This document shows, in pieces, positions 1-10,638 of a DNA stretch of 64,000 nt. Made by a program: the position numbers and the translations under genes. Each line of letters starts with the position of its first letter. Within the stretch, counting starts at the first letter, position 1. Origin of the DNA: a candidate division FCPU426 bacterium (lineage in GTDB: Bacteria > Oederibacteriota > Muellerivitia > Muellerivitales > Muellerivitaceae); NCBI GenBank assembly GCA_963830915.1, contig CAWHOE010000047.1, forward strand, positions 7,781 through 71,780, written 5' to 3'. Below the pieces are notes generated by a model, which was given only the letters and a program-made list of their open reading frames with translations, searched no databases and was not told the DNA's origin.

Positions 1-276
1 TAAAGCGAAAAAAACAACCCACTAAGAAACACAGAACGATGAAAAGGCAGGCCACCAATAGGGTTGGGATCTTTTCTTCCTTAGCGAATTTGAAGGCTTT
101 GTGGGATTTCCAATAGCAAAAGCCGATCGCGGATAACCCGCACAGAAGGTCCACGACCAAAAAGTCGATATTCTTGACCAAACGGAAATAGATACCGCTC
201 AAGATGTATTCGGCGATCAGGACAGCGATGAAAACCACGAAAAGTTTGAAGGCTAGAACGGCGTGTCTTGTTTGCA
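1..276 (-). CDS. partial membrane protein (5' part; gene runs off window start)
   Basis: ATG at 274-276 (minus strand) opens an ORF to position 1. The translation MQTRHAVLAFKLFVVFIAVL... is hydrophobic. It is not in the ORF track because it is truncated. Confidence 0.3.
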
Positions 277-301
277 TTAGATAGGATACCTTACAGGATG
301 A

Positions 302-1132
302 TTACTTTTTCTTAAAACGGGCCCTCATGAAATCTACATATTCCTGATCGAACATTTCTTCCCGGGCCTTGATGAATCCTCGGGTGTCATTCCCCACCAG
401 ATAACGCAGGCGGTCGGTGTTGTCGGTGGCAGCCTCATAGATGACCTTGGCCACATCCTCCGAGCTGATGGTCCTGGCCGTTCCCATTTGGGTGAAAGCC
501 TCGTTCGTTCGGTTCACGAACTCATCATAATCCTTTAAAAAGGGATCGACCGCCTTGTCACGAGCGGCCCTTTCGGAAAATTGGGTGGCGGTCACCCCGC
601 CATGGGGCTCGACCAGTTTGATGATGATGTTTTGGGAAGCCAGTTCATAGGCCAAGGCCTCCGTGAATCCTTCCAATGCGTATTTGCTGGCGCAATAAAG
701 GGAGATCATGGGCAATGTGAATAAGCCGGCTCCGGAGCTGATATTGATGATGACGCCCGACTTTTTCTTTCGCATTTGGGGCAACAAAGCCCGGGTAACA
801 TCCATCAAACCGAAGAGATTAACATCGAATTGGTCCCGTATCTTTTCACGAGGGGTAGCCTCAAAAAGACCATATTGGCCATAACCCGCGTTATTGACCA
901 ACACATCGATGCTCTCGAAGCGAGCGATTCCCTCTTGAATAGCCTTGTCGATACTAGTTTGGTCCTGGACATCCAATTTCGTGACCAACATGGAATCGGA
1001 AGGCTTCAGGTCCTTTTCCGCCCCAGGATTTCTCATGGTCGCCACGACATTCCAACCTTTGTCGTTAAAAAGCTGAGCGGTCGCCTTGCCAATTCCAGTT
1101 GAACAACCGGTAATAAGAACCGTCTTTTTCAT
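302..1132 (-). CDS. short-chain dehydrogenase/reductase (SDR) family oxidoreductase
   Basis: TGCSTGIGKA Rossmann motif, NNAG and the YCASK catalytic Y-x3-K. The track ORF is 302..1174; the likely start is MKKTVLITG at 1132. Confidence 0.85.
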   Translation of the reverse strand: MKKTVLITGCSTGIGKATAQLFNDKGWNVVATMRNPGAEKDLKPSDSMLVTKLDVQDQTSIDKAIQEGIARFESIDVLVNNAGYGQYGLFEATPREKIRDQFDVNLFGLMDVTRALLPQMRKKKSGVIINISSGAGLFTLPMISLYCASKYALEGFTEALAYELASQNIIIKLVEPHGGVTATQFSERAARDKAVDPFLKDYDEFVNRTNEAFTQMGTARTISSEDVAKVIYEAATDNTDRLRYLVGNDTRGFIKAREEMFDQEYVDFMRARFKKK

Positions 1133-1605
1133 TTCGCACTTCTCATTCCAATTGGTTTTTTCACGATTTCCCATTTTTCCACCCCACCCGGAACAGTTCG
1201 GAAAGAAGGATGGATTTTGATGGCCTTTGGACTCTTCATCAATTTGAACCTTGCGCTATCCCTGACTTTAAGCTTTTTTCTCAAATGGTTCCATTCATAC
1301 CTAATTTGACCCCGTTTGACAGACATGGGGTTTACGGATGATTTCGCGTTCTTCACTTTGGACTTTTCAAAGGAATACCCCCGCCGGTCCGCTTCATTCC
1401 AAACTTCAAGAAGGTAACGCCCTATGGCCTTTTGGGGGGAGCGATGGTCCTTGAAACGGTCCAATTGGGGGTGGTTCTTATAGCCTTTGGTTTTTCCTGC
1501 CAGGACTTTTTGGGCCAATAGTCCTTCCCGCCAAAGGGCTAGGAGACCTTTTGTGTCGAGATATTGAGGATGAAGGGACCATAAGCGCATGAATAACTTT
1601 CCCAA
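1129..1605 (-). CDS. putative pyrimidine-dimer DNA glycosylase-like protein
   Basis: The N-terminus MRLWSLHPQYLDTKGLLALWREGLLAQ..GY.NHPQL.RF matches the conserved family annotated as pyrimidine dimer DNA glycosylase. The match is recalled from memory, not searched. Confidence 0.5.
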   Translation of the reverse strand: MGKLFMRLWSLHPQYLDTKGLLALWREGLLAQKVLAGKTKGYKNHPQLDRFKDHRSPQKAIGRYLLEVWNEADRRGYSFEKSKVKNAKSSVNPMSVKRGQIRYEWNHLRKKLKVRDSARFKLMKSPKAIKIHPSFRTVPGGVEKWEIVKKPIGMRSAK

Positions 1606-1682
1606 AGGGACTCACTGGCAACCAACGGGAGGTTCAATACTCAGTTTTGTCAAAATATACTAGTTCAGCGGTCCAACCCTTC

Positions 1683-2183
1683 TCATTTTCGTTCAATAAT
1701 CTCGAACTTATAAAACCAAGGGACAAAAATATACCAAAAAGGGAAAAAATAATATCTGATCCTGGGTAATATCCTTTTCTTTTCTTCGGTCGTCAGAACA
1801 TAATCGCGCACTTCGTTTTTACCGCACGGTAAATAAAGATGTATAACACTTCCGCCTTGGGTAATTGAGAATGTGTAGAGGCCTAACTCGTCCTCATAAG
1901 ACAACGCTTCGCCGCGATCATATGTTTCGATCTTAAAATGTTTCACCGAACGGTAAAGGTAGCTGGCCATTTGCCAAACAATCGCCAATAAAATCAGCCC
2001 GATCAGCGCAATCCCAAAAACTTTAAGAACAATAACAAAAAGGAGGAGCATCGCTTCCCAAATAGATATTTTTTTGATATTCGAGAGTGTGGTGGCCGCG
2101 GCAGTGATCGCTAAACTAATATAAAAATAAGCGCCCATATTCTTCACGGAGTTATTCAATAAATTTCTAACCGTTTTTATCAA
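1683..2183 (-). CDS. hypothetical membrane protein
   Basis: 166-aa ORF with two predicted TM helices; no recognisable motif. Confidence 0.45.
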   Translation of the reverse strand: MIKTVRNLLNNSVKNMGAYFYISLAITAAATTLSNIKKISIWEAMLLLFVIVLKVFGIALIGLILLAIVWQMASYLYRSVKHFKIETYDRGEALSYEDELGLYTFSITQGGSVIHLYLPCGKNEVRDYVLTTEEKKRILPRIRYYFFPFWYIFVPWFYKFEIIERK

Positions 2184-2274
2184 GCCAGTGTCCCCTTCAC
2201 GAGATTGCTAATGGTTTTCGTAGGCATTGGGAATCTTTAAAATGCGGGTATTTAAACGTCCGAATTCAGACCTT

Positions 2275-2676
2275 CTATTTCCCACAAGTATGACAGCTTC
2301 CCTTATGGACGCAAATGGTGCCGCTACAGAAAGAACATTTCCATCTGACCTTTTCGCTTTTAACGAAACTCTTTATCCCCGATTTCCCAATTTTCACCAG
2401 ATTCAGGATCATGCTCATGTGGTATTTGGCCCTATACCTCTTGTCCAAACGGATCAGATTTTCGCAGGGGAAATCCACGCATTCATAGCAGAACCCGGAC
2501 ATATTATTTCTTATTGTTTTGCAGGTTTTGATCTCGCAACGAACACGAGTGATGGGTTTGTTGGCATTGGGCGCTCGACAACCAAGGCATTTGTTCTTTT
2601 CCCTAAGATAAGCCATGCAGACACCGCAATTCATCCCGCATGGGGCGATAAGTGAATCACTTTTTATGGAGACCAT
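2275..2676 (-). CDS. Cys-rich protein, DUF3795-like
   Basis: CGMNCGVCMAY...C..C followed by a further CxxC and FCYECVDFPC. The pattern resembles DUF3795 zinc-binding proteins. Confidence 0.45.
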   Translation of the reverse strand: MVSIKSDSLIAPCGMNCGVCMAYLREKNKCLGCRAPNANKPITRVRCEIKTCKTIRNNMSGFCYECVDFPCENLIRLDKRYRAKYHMSMILNLVKIGKSGIKSFVKSEKVRWKCSFCSGTICVHKGSCHTCGK

Positions 2677-2839
2677 TTTGCAACTCTGCTCCTATTCGCT
2701 CCCTATTCCGAACGACCTGTCTACCGACGCTTTAGCACAGGTGGATTTTCCAACCATCCGATTTTCAATTAAATATGGGTTTTCACAACAGCTTGGTATA
2801 AAACGGATTAAAGCTAAAATAAATTAAGTCGCCTAAATC

Positions 2840-3160
2840 TCACATAAAGTTACTTGCATCGCCGCCTAGCGCTATGTAGAAATTCAAAGATGCTACGAGC
2901 ATGATAAATCCCGTCAAAACAGACACAATAATGCCCACTAAAATCAAAACATTTTCTCCGGAATTTGCAATCTTAATCGTGGATTTATTTAAATTATAAA
3001 ACAAAATAAAATAAAGAATATCCACAATGAATATAGTCGGAAAAATTAAGTTCGCAGACTTAAAATATTTCTCTCCGATAACTGCCGTAATCATTGCGAT
3101 CAATAGAAAAATCAGCACCAATATAAAATTTTTATAAATACTTTTCAAAAATTCCTCCAA
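2840..3160 (-). CDS. small hypothetical membrane protein
   Basis: 106 aa, three hydrophobic segments, in an AT-rich context. Confidence 0.35.
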   Translation of the reverse strand: MEEFLKSIYKNFILVLIFLLIAMITAVIGEKYFKSANLIFPTIFIVDILYFILFYNLNKSTIKIANSGENVLILVGIIVSVLTGFIMLVASLNFYIALGGDASNFM

Positions 3161-3264
3161 AACAAGAAAAAACCGATCAACAAAATGTTAGAGCCGCCAT
3201 CCTTTAACTTATTTTAAATAAGCCTTGGCTACATGGGGAAAAAGGCTCCGCATTGGACTCGAGC

Positions 3265-4371
3265 CTATCCCCTCCGACCTATCAACACCGGTCTTCGGTT
3301 GGCATATGAGATATTCAAAAGCACCCCGACCGCGGCGAAGCTAAAGACCAGGGAAGAACCTCCGTAGCTGATGAAAGGCAGGGTCAAGCCTGCCACAGGC
3401 AGGATACCGATGGTCATGCCCACGTTCACGATGACCTGGACGGCGAACATGCTGGCGATACCCAGGGCCAATAACGAACCTTCCCGGTCACGGGCCTTGC
3501 GGGCGATCTCGAAGGACTTGCGGATCATGAAGTAATAAAGACCCAGCACTAACACGCACCCCACGAAACCCCATTCCTCTCCGACGACCGAGAAAATGAA
3601 ATCCGTATGATGTTCAGGGATGAAAGACAACTGGGTTTGGCTTCCCTGCAGGTAACCCTTCCCCGCCACCCCACCCGACCCGATGGCGATCATGGATTGG
3701 ATGATGTTGTAGCCGGCGCCCAGGGGGTCATCCAACGGATTAATGAAAACTTCCAACCTTTCCCTTTGGTAATCCTTCAGGAAATTCCAGATCAAGGGGC
3801 TGGAGGCGCCTGCCAGGATGAACATCCAGGCTAGCCACCGGTATTGCACCCCGCCCACATACATCAAAATGATAGAAACGGGGACCAGAAGCAGGGCCGA
3901 CCCAAGGTCCGGTTGTTTCAATATAAGGATAAGAGGAAGACCCAGCATGCCCAGCAGGAACAAGACCCTGCCGAAGAAGAACAATTCCACCGTTCGGCTT
4001 CCTATATAACGGGCCAAAACCAGCAGAACCGACAGTTTGGCGAGTTCGGAGGGTTGGTAGGAAAGGATGCCCAGCTTGATCCACCGCCTGGCCCCGTTGG
4101 TCTGGTCACCGATGAATAACACGGCAAAGAGCGAGATGATGGATATCCAATAGAAGATATAGGAAGCTTCGATCCAGAACCGGTAGTCGATCTTGGAAAA
4201 GAGCCACATACCCGCCAAGGATATGAGGAACCAGAACAACTGTTTGCGCCAAAGCCCAGCGATATCGGGGCTGTGGAAGGTGGCCGAATAGACCACGAAG
4301 ATACCGATGACCGAAAGGGCCAATATCTCCGAGATCAGGAACCAGTCCATGCTTCTAAAATAAGCCTTCAA
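3265..4371 (-). CDS. rodA: rod shape-determining protein RodA (FtsW/RodA/SpoVE family)
   Basis: Polytopic membrane protein with SEDS-family motifs. Its start overlaps the stop of the upstream PBP2 gene, and it sits in an mreBCD-mrdA operon. Confidence 0.9.
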   Translation of the reverse strand: MKAYFRSMDWFLISEILALSVIGIFVVYSATFHSPDIAGLWRKQLFWFLISLAGMWLFSKIDYRFWIEASYIFYWISIISLFAVLFIGDQTNGARRWIKLGILSYQPSELAKLSVLLVLARYIGSRTVELFFFGRVLFLLGMLGLPLILILKQPDLGSALLLVPVSIILMYVGGVQYRWLAWMFILAGASSPLIWNFLKDYQRERLEVFINPLDDPLGAGYNIIQSMIAIGSGGVAGKGYLQGSQTQLSFIPEHHTDFIFSVVGEEWGFVGCVLVLGLYYFMIRKSFEIARKARDREGSLLALGIASMFAVQVIVNVGMTIGILPVAGLTLPFISYGGSSLVFSFAAVGVLLNISYANRRPVLIGRRG

Positions 4372-6230
4372 GGCGCCACTCCTATGACCGTTGTGGGTGT
4401 CGGAACGGGCGTACCGAAAGGAACGGGCGTTGGCACCACCCAGGGCGTCACATCCAACCCCAGGGCCTGTTCCATGAGCCGCTTGGCGATGGGGGCCGAA
4501 ACGATACCACCCTCCCCGCCGTTCTCCACCATCACGATGACCGCAACCTTGGGGTCCTCCGCCGGGGCGTAGGCCGTGAACCAGGCGTGGGTGTCGCCGT
4601 GCGGATTTTCCGAGGTGCCGGTCTTTCCCGCCACCCGGATACCCTTGATGCGGGCTTTCTTGCCCGTACCCGAATCGGAGTTGACGACCTTTTCCATGGT
4701 GCTCTTGATGAAATCCAGGTAGCTCTGGGTGATATCCGCCTCCTGGAGTATTTCCGGCTGTTTGTCGAAGACCGTCCTACCCGAGACCTGGTCCAACACG
4801 CGGTAAAGCAGATGGGGCCTGAATATCTTACCATTCATGGCGATACCCGATGTCATGTCCAACATCTGCAGGGGGGTGGTGAGCAGATAACCCTGGCCGA
4901 AACTCATCTGGATGGTGTTGCCCGGGAACCAGGGCATATGCTGTGTGCTTTCTTTCCAACGGGGATTGGGGACCAACCCCGCCACTTCCGAATCCAGGTC
5001 GATCTTGGTCTTGCTTCCCAGACCCAGTTTGCGCGCCTCGTGATAGATCTTGTCGACTTTCATCAGAAGACCTAATTGGTAAAAGTAGATGTCGCAGGAT
5101 TCGATGATGGCCCTTTCCAGGTTCATCCAGCCATGGCCGGAAGTGCGCCAGCAACGATAGGGCCATGTCTTGTACCAGAAGATACCCCGGCAGAGGAATA
5201 CTTTGTTCACGTCCACCACCTGATCTTCCAGGGCGCCCAGGGCGGTGATGAGCTTGAAGACCGAGCCGGGTGGATACTGGCCCTGGATGGCGCGGTTTTC
5301 CAGGGGATGGTTCTTGTCCTTCATCAACTTGTTCCATTCCTTATAGGAGATGCCGCTGACGAACTCGTTGGGGTCGTAATTGGGTTTGCTGACCATAGCC
5401 AATATCTCGCCGGTCTGGGGGTTGGTGACGATGGCCGATCCGACCTGATCGCCCAACAGGTCCTCGGCCAGTTGCTGGACCTTGTAGTCGATGGAAAGCA
5501 TCAGGGTCTGGCCCTGGATGGGGTTCTTGTAGTCCAGGATACGGCGCTGGACCCCGGAGGCGTCCACCTCGACCTCCACGCCACCGTTCTGGCCCCTCAG
5601 GACGCGGTCATAAGTTCGTTCCACGCCTTTTTTGCCGATCACTTCCCCGACCGAGTAACCCGTGTCCCTCAGGCGGTTCAGGTCATCCTCGCTGATCTCG
5701 CCGATATACCCGAGGATATGGGAAGCCAAATTGCCGTGGGGATAGTAGCGTTCCGGCTCCATCTGGATATAAACGCCCGGAAGGTGGACCCGGTTCTCCT
5801 CGATCTGGGCCACCATGTCGTCTTCCAAGTGGGTTTCCAACCGGATGGGCTCGAACTTCCGGCTCTTGCGGCGGCTGTCGACCAGCATTTCCAGGGCGTC
5901 CAGGGGCTCGCCCAAGATCTGGCTCAAGCGAACCAAGGTGGATTCATAGGCTTTCATTTCCGCCGGCACTAGATAGAGAGAGTAAGTGGGCACGTTGGTG
6001 GCCAGGATCTCACCGTTGCGGTCCGTAATGATGCCCCGGGGCGCTCGCTGGGGGATCAGGCGCAAGGAATTGGAATCGGACATACTGCGGTAGGTCGGAT
6101 AATTGAGGATCTGGAGGTAGAAAACCCTTAGGAAGATGATGCCGAATAAAATGGTAATGAAGAGGAGGAGGGCCTCCATCTTCTTCTCAGGTGAGCCGAC
6201 GAGCTTGAATTTGTTGCTTCTTAAGGCCAA
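4368..6230 (-). CDS. mrdA: penicillin-binding protein 2 (peptidoglycan D,D-transpeptidase)
   Basis: N-terminal TM helix and PBP dimerisation domain, then a transpeptidase domain with SxxK (SVFK), SxN (SGN region) and KTG (AGKTGT). The C-terminal tail is Pro/Thr-rich. Confidence 0.9.
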   Translation of the reverse strand: MALRSNKFKLVGSPEKKMEALLLFITILFGIIFLRVFYLQILNYPTYRSMSDSNSLRLIPQRAPRGIITDRNGEILATNVPTYSLYLVPAEMKAYESTLVRLSQILGEPLDALEMLVDSRRKSRKFEPIRLETHLEDDMVAQIEENRVHLPGVYIQMEPERYYPHGNLASHILGYIGEISEDDLNRLRDTGYSVGEVIGKKGVERTYDRVLRGQNGGVEVEVDASGVQRRILDYKNPIQGQTLMLSIDYKVQQLAEDLLGDQVGSAIVTNPQTGEILAMVSKPNYDPNEFVSGISYKEWNKLMKDKNHPLENRAIQGQYPPGSVFKLITALGALEDQVVDVNKVFLCRGIFWYKTWPYRCWRTSGHGWMNLERAIIESCDIYFYQLGLLMKVDKIYHEARKLGLGSKTKIDLDSEVAGLVPNPRWKESTQHMPWFPGNTIQMSFGQGYLLTTPLQMLDMTSGIAMNGKIFRPHLLYRVLDQVSGRTVFDKQPEILQEADITQSYLDFIKSTMEKVVNSDSGTGKKARIKGIRVAGKTGTSENPHGDTHAWFTAYAPAEDPKVAVIVMVENGGEGGIVSAPIAKRLMEQALGLDVTPWVVPTPVPFGTPVPTPTTVIGVAP

Positions 6231-6246
6231 AAAGACACCCTCACTT

Positions 6247-6729
6247 TCAAGCCGTCGCCGGATCGAAACGTCTGCGCCGGAACTTCACCACGAAGAAACA
6301 CACCACCACGCCTGCGGCCGTGGTCATCAGGACCGTATGGACGAGGATACCCAGGGCCTCGGAAGCGGGCGGCGCCGTGCCGTCCCATTTAAGAAGGAGC
6401 CAAATGAAAAACTGCTGGAAGAGGGACATGAGAAAGATGAGGAAGGTCTGGGTATGTATCTTTTCACGGTAGATGTGTTTCTGGGAAAGCGAGGAAAGGA
6501 TGCCCATCAGGGTCTTGGCCGCGATATTGGGGCCGATCCACCCGGAGGACAACAGGTCCTGGACCGTGCCGACAGTGAACCCCCAGGCCGCGGCCTTGGG
6601 CGCGGTCGTGCGCAGGCCCGCCAGGGCCGTGAAGATCAGGGGAAGGTCGATGCCCCAGTCCGTGATGCCCGAGGTCTGCTGGACGAAGAAGATCGCCAAG
6701 AGCCACAGGAGTTCTTTAGGGATACGCAA
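6247..6729 (-). CDS. mreD: rod shape-determining protein MreD
   Basis: 160-aa polytopic membrane protein immediately downstream of mreC. Confidence 0.7.
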   Translation of the reverse strand: MRIPKELLWLLAIFFVQQTSGITDWGIDLPLIFTALAGLRTTAPKAAAWGFTVGTVQDLLSSGWIGPNIAAKTLMGILSSLSQKHIYREKIHTQTFLIFLMSLFQQFFIWLLLKWDGTAPPASEALGILVHTVLMTTAAGVVVCFFVVKFRRRRFDPATA

Positions 6730-6744
6730 GGTCGTTCTCCCCGT

Positions 6745-7578
6745 TCAATCGGCGAAGATGTTGATGGAAGGCAGGACGAACACATAGTCCAGGACCCCGA
6801 AGTCGACCGAAGGCGCCACGTCGATCTGGGTGTTCAGTCCGTTGTCCGAACTGGTCCGCTTGACCACCGTGCCGAGGGGATAACCCTTGGGGAACACGCC
6901 GCCCAGCCCTGAGGAGACGATGGTATCGCCAGGCTGGATATCCTCGTCCGCGTTGACGTAGCCGAAGCTCAGGCGGTTCTGTCCCGTGCCCAGGATGACG
7001 CCTGACACCCGGGACCTGACATCCAAGCCCGCCACACTGGAGCCCGTATCCGTCAATAGGAGGACGCGGGAGTTCTTGGCCGCCACGTCGATGATCCGGC
7101 CCACCACCCCTTGCTCGGTGATGACGGGAGAGTCCACGGTCAGACCGTCCTCGGACCCGATATCGATGATGAAGCTCTTGTTCCAGGTGCTGGGATCGTG
7201 GGCGATGATGCGGGCGATCTTGGCTGAATGGGGGAGCTTGGCCTTGATCTGGAGGACTTCCCGCAACCTGGCCAACTCCACTTCCAGCGACTTGTGGTTG
7301 GAAAGTTCCAAGTGAAGGGATTGGTTCTCCATCTGGAGGCGGTTGACCTCCTGGCGTAGATGTCCCAATTCCTGGACGGCGTTCAAGGTGTTCTCGGGGA
7401 AGGTGATGACCCAGGAAACGGATTTCTGGACCGGCATCCACACGGCCATGGAAAGGTTCTTCAGGCTCAGGTGCTGCGAATTGGGATGGGTATGGCGGTA
7501 GACCAGAACCCAGACGCAGACCAGGAGCAGTAAAGCCAGGAAGAAGCGCGGGAAGTTTCTAAGGAAGAATTTCAGCAT
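6745..7578 (-). CDS. mreC: rod shape-determining protein MreC
   Basis: N-terminal TM helix, a coiled-coil region and a beta-rich C-terminus; lies between mreB and mreD. Confidence 0.85.
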   Translation of the reverse strand: MLKFFLRNFPRFFLALLLLVCVWVLVYRHTHPNSQHLSLKNLSMAVWMPVQKSVSWVITFPENTLNAVQELGHLRQEVNRLQMENQSLHLELSNHKSLEVELARLREVLQIKAKLPHSAKIARIIAHDPSTWNKSFIIDIGSEDGLTVDSPVITEQGVVGRIIDVAAKNSRVLLLTDTGSSVAGLDVRSRVSGVILGTGQNRLSFGYVNADEDIQPGDTIVSSGLGGVFPKGYPLGTVVKRTSSDNGLNTQIDVAPSVDFGVLDYVFVLPSINIFAD

Positions 7579-7623
7579 GAAGCTCCAAAAGCCGGTGATC
7601 TACCCGCGGGCGAAAACCCTGGC

Positions 7624-8664
7624 TCAGATATATTCTTTTTCCAGTACCGAGATCCGCTTCAGGAAGTCCATGGACTTGTCCAGCAGGTAACCCGAACCCA
7701 TGGCCACCGCGGTGGTCGGATCGTCCGCCAGGTTGACCGGAACCCCGGTCTCGTCCCGAAGGCGCTCGTCCAGGTTCTTCAATAAGGAAGAACCGCCGGC
7801 CAGGATGATACCCCGGTCCACGATATCCGCCGCCAGCTCGGGAGGGGTGCGTTCCAGGGTCATCTTGATGGCCTCGATGATCTGAACTAACGGCTCTTCC
7901 AGGGCGCCCCGGATCTCCTCGGAAGTCAATTCGATGGTCTTCGGCAGACCGGTCACCAGGTCCCGGCCCTTGATCTGCATGCGCAGTTCCTGTTCCAGGG
8001 GGAAAGCGGAACCGATCTGGATCTTGATGTCCTCAGCCGTTCTCTCTCCGACCAGGATGTTGTAGGTCTTTTTCACGTAATTGATGACGGCTTCGTCCAG
8101 CTCGTCGCCCGCGGTACGGATGGAGCGTCCATAGACCACATCGCCCAGCGAGATGACGGCTACTTCGGTGGTTCCCCCGCCGATGTCCACGATCATGTTG
8201 CCCTGGGGTTCGGCGATGGGCATGCCGGCGCCGATGGCTGCCGCCATGGGCTCCTCGACCAGGAATACTTCCCTGGCCCCCGCCTGCTCGGCGGAGTCGC
8301 GAACCGCGCGCTTCTCGACCTCGGTACAGCCCGAGGGGATGGCCACGACGATTCGGGGACGGATGAGGGAACGGCGGTTATGGACCTTGGAGATGAAGTA
8401 GCGGAGCATGCGCTCGGTGACCTCAAAGTCGGCGATGACGCCGTCCTTCATGGGGCGGATGGCGACGATGGAACCGGGTGTGCGTCCCAGCATGAGCTTG
8501 GCGTCGTTGCCGACCGCCAGGATCTGGTTGGTGGCTTTATGAACGACGACGAGGGAAGGTTCTTGAAGGACGATGCCGCGACCCTTGACATAAACCAGCG
8601 TGGTGGCGGTACCCAGGTCGATGGCGACATCGCTGGAGAACAAACCGAGTAGGAAATTAAGCAA
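7624..8664 (-). CDS. mreB: rod shape-determining protein MreB (actin homologue)
   Basis: Actin-fold motifs: [24 protein letters not shown] and LAGGSSLL. Confidence 0.95.
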   Translation of the reverse strand: MLNFLLGLFSSDVAIDLGTATTLVYVKGRGIVLQEPSLVVVHKATNQILAVGNDAKLMLGRTPGSIVAIRPMKDGVIADFEVTERMLRYFISKVHNRRSLIRPRIVVAIPSGCTEVEKRAVRDSAEQAGAREVFLVEEPMAAAIGAGMPIAEPQGNMIVDIGGGTTEVAVISLGDVVYGRSIRTAGDELDEAVINYVKKTYNILVGERTAEDIKIQIGSAFPLEQELRMQIKGRDLVTGLPKTIELTSEEIRGALEEPLVQIIEAIKMTLERTPPELAADIVDRGIILAGGSSLLKNLDERLRDETGVPVNLADDPTTAVAMGSGYLLDKSMDFLKRISVLEKEYI

Positions 8665-8883
8665 GCGAAGCTCCTTGGTTTAAGGTTCTAATCTCAGGGA
8701 CCGAAGACCCTTTGTAAAGACGTTGGGGATGTCCTTTTCGGATTCCCTCCCAAATAAAAGAACCCCGGTCTTTCAACCGAGGAACGGTAAAACCAGAAAA
8801 AAACCAGCGTTTTAGGGGGTTTAGTGTAACACAGCCCCTTGGAGAGTCCAATTATTTTTGAGTTTTGGAAGGCCCGGTCCGGG

Positions 8884-9357
8884 TTATTTCTTCACGTTTT
8901 TATCGGGTGGAGGGGTCGGCTTTGGTTCCTGACGCAAGGCCTTGGCTTTCAGGATGCGCTCGAATAAACGCAGGTACTCTTTTTTCAGGTCCGTCGCGGA
9001 AAAATTACGGAAATAATTCTCGTTATAGTCCTCACCCAGGTATTCCTTGCTTTGCCGGATGAAGGTCAGGATGGTTCCGACCGTTTCGTCAGTGGCGTTA
9101 TTGGAACCAGAATCGATGGTAATGCGTTGGAGGATACCGTCCCGGTAACGGCTGATCTGGTCCTCGGTTGGATTGACGATGCCCGAGATCTTGCCCGTGA
9201 ACTGCTCAATGAAGAAAAGGACGTCGACTTCTTTTCCGAAGAGTTCCGAGACAGGGGTGGTTACTTGACTATCGGTGGGATTGGCGAATTCCAAGCCACA
9301 TTCCCTGCAGAACTTGCTTTTGGGCTCGTTTTTGGTGCCGCAACGCTCACATTTCAT
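8884..9357 (-). CDS. zinc-ribbon domain protein, hypothetical
   Basis: N-terminal CERCG...CRECG zinc ribbon; the rest is unrecognised. Confidence 0.45.
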   Translation of the reverse strand: MKCERCGTKNEPKSKFCRECGLEFANPTDSQVTTPVSELFGKEVDVLFFIEQFTGKISGIVNPTEDQISRYRDGILQRITIDSGSNNATDETVGTILTFIRQSKEYLGEDYNENYFRNFSATDLKKEYLRLFERILKAKALRQEPKPTPPPDKNVKK

Positions 9358-9877
9358 GTAAACCGTTCTCCGTAAAATTAAATGCGGCTAACTATACCAC
9401 GCCACAAATGCGTTTCAAGGGCTTTTAGGACGTTTTTAAACCCCACTTCCGCATAGGTAATAACGGCATTTCCAGGCATTTCTTGAGGTCTTAATTGTCA
9501 AAAAACCTTTGTCAAAAAACGAGGCGGTCTCGAAACATCTTTAAATCGTCTAACCCACCAGCTTTAAACCTTAAAACGTTTGCAGATTTTCTAGGACATT
9601 TCTTGAACATTCCTTTAACGTTCAATTTGTTTTTTTCAAAAATATTCATTTTTAATTTGAAAGAATCGGACGTTGGATTTATTTTCCTTTCATGTTTTCC
9701 CAGGAAAGAAAGAATCAGAAAGTTTCCGGTCAAGCTTCGGTTGAATATCTGCTGACACTATCGGTTGTTTTGGTCGGAATGCTGGGGATCGGGGCTCTAT
9801 TTTCGGATCAAGTGAATCGCTATCTTTCAATGCTGTTCAATTTGGTCCTGAAGCCCTTTTAATATTTAAAGGAGTCA

Positions 9878-10084
9878 TTGAATATGAAAAAGCTAAATCA
9901 AAAAGCGCAAAGTATGACCGAATACATCCTGATCGTTGCCTTGATCGCCGTTGCGGCCATCGCGGCGGTCAAGATCTTTGGAGGTTCCATTCAATCAGGT
10001 TTTGGCGGAGCCGCCGCCGCGGTCGGCAGTAACGCCGGGACCGCGAATGGCGCGGGAGTCGTGGGTAACGCGCTCGGTCATTAA
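9878..10084 (+). CDS. flp: Flp/Fap family type IVb pilin
   Basis: 68 aa. KAQSMTEYILIVALIAVAAIAAV matches the Flp motif (G/TEY followed by a hydrophobic stretch). It is the first gene of the Tad locus. Confidence 0.8.
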   Translation: MNMKKLNQKAQSMTEYILIVALIAVAAIAAVKIFGGSIQSGFGGAAAAVGSNAGTANGAGVVGNALGH

Positions 10085-10089
10085 AAAAG

Positions 10090-10638
10090 TTGCGAACCCT
10101 AAATCATCGGGGGCAGTCAGCGGTTGAATTCATTTTGACCGCCCCTGTTTTATTCTTATTCTTTTTCGGGATCATCCAATTAGCCTATACCGCTTATGTT
10201 TCATTCGCGGTGCAAAGGGCGGCTTATTCCATCGCTCGGGAAGCTTCCTCTTCCGGATCACCGGAAAATTACGATCCCTATTTCCAACTCTTTTATTGTC
10301 TTTACCCCATCGGTCAACTTCATCACGCCACATTGGGCACTCTTCTAGCGACCACCTGTTCCATCACATCCGATGATGATGGCGTCCATGTCAGGATCGT
10401 TTATCCCATGCCCATCTGGGTTCCGATGGTCGGAAAGATCTTTGGTGAAAAACTCCAACTATCCGCCTCGGACCTAGGGCCTTTAACGAATGATCTTCAA
10501 CAAGTTTCACAGATCTTAGGGACACCGCTGCCGGACCTATCTTTCACTGGAGCGGCGTTGCCTTATGTCCATCTGATGACTTTCACCGCCGATGGTTTCG
10601 ATGAAAATACGGCGGTTAGTCAGGACTCGACCCCATGA
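10090..10638 (+). CDS. TadE/TadG-like pseudopilin
   Basis: RGQSAVEFILTAPVLFLFFFGIIQLAY matches the TadE-like N-terminal motif. Confidence 0.75.
   Translation: MRTLNHRGQSAVEFILTAPVLFLFFFGIIQLAYTAYVSFAVQRAAYSIAREASSSGSPENYDPYFQLFYCLYPIGQLHHATLGTLLATTCSITSDDDGVHVRIVYPMPIWVPMVGKIFGEKLQLSASDLGPLTNDLQQVSQILGTPLPDLSFTGAALPYVHLMTFTADGFDENTAVSQDSTP

Noticed and set aside
4532-8630. Track ORFs antisense to or overlapping mrdA, mreC, mreD and mreB (e.g. 4587..5075, 5076..5972, 6136..6912, 6716..7441, 8380..8652)
   Set aside because: They are embedded in or opposite well-supported conserved genes and have biased low-complexity translations (Arg/Pro/Gly-rich). They are typical GC-rich antisense artefacts.
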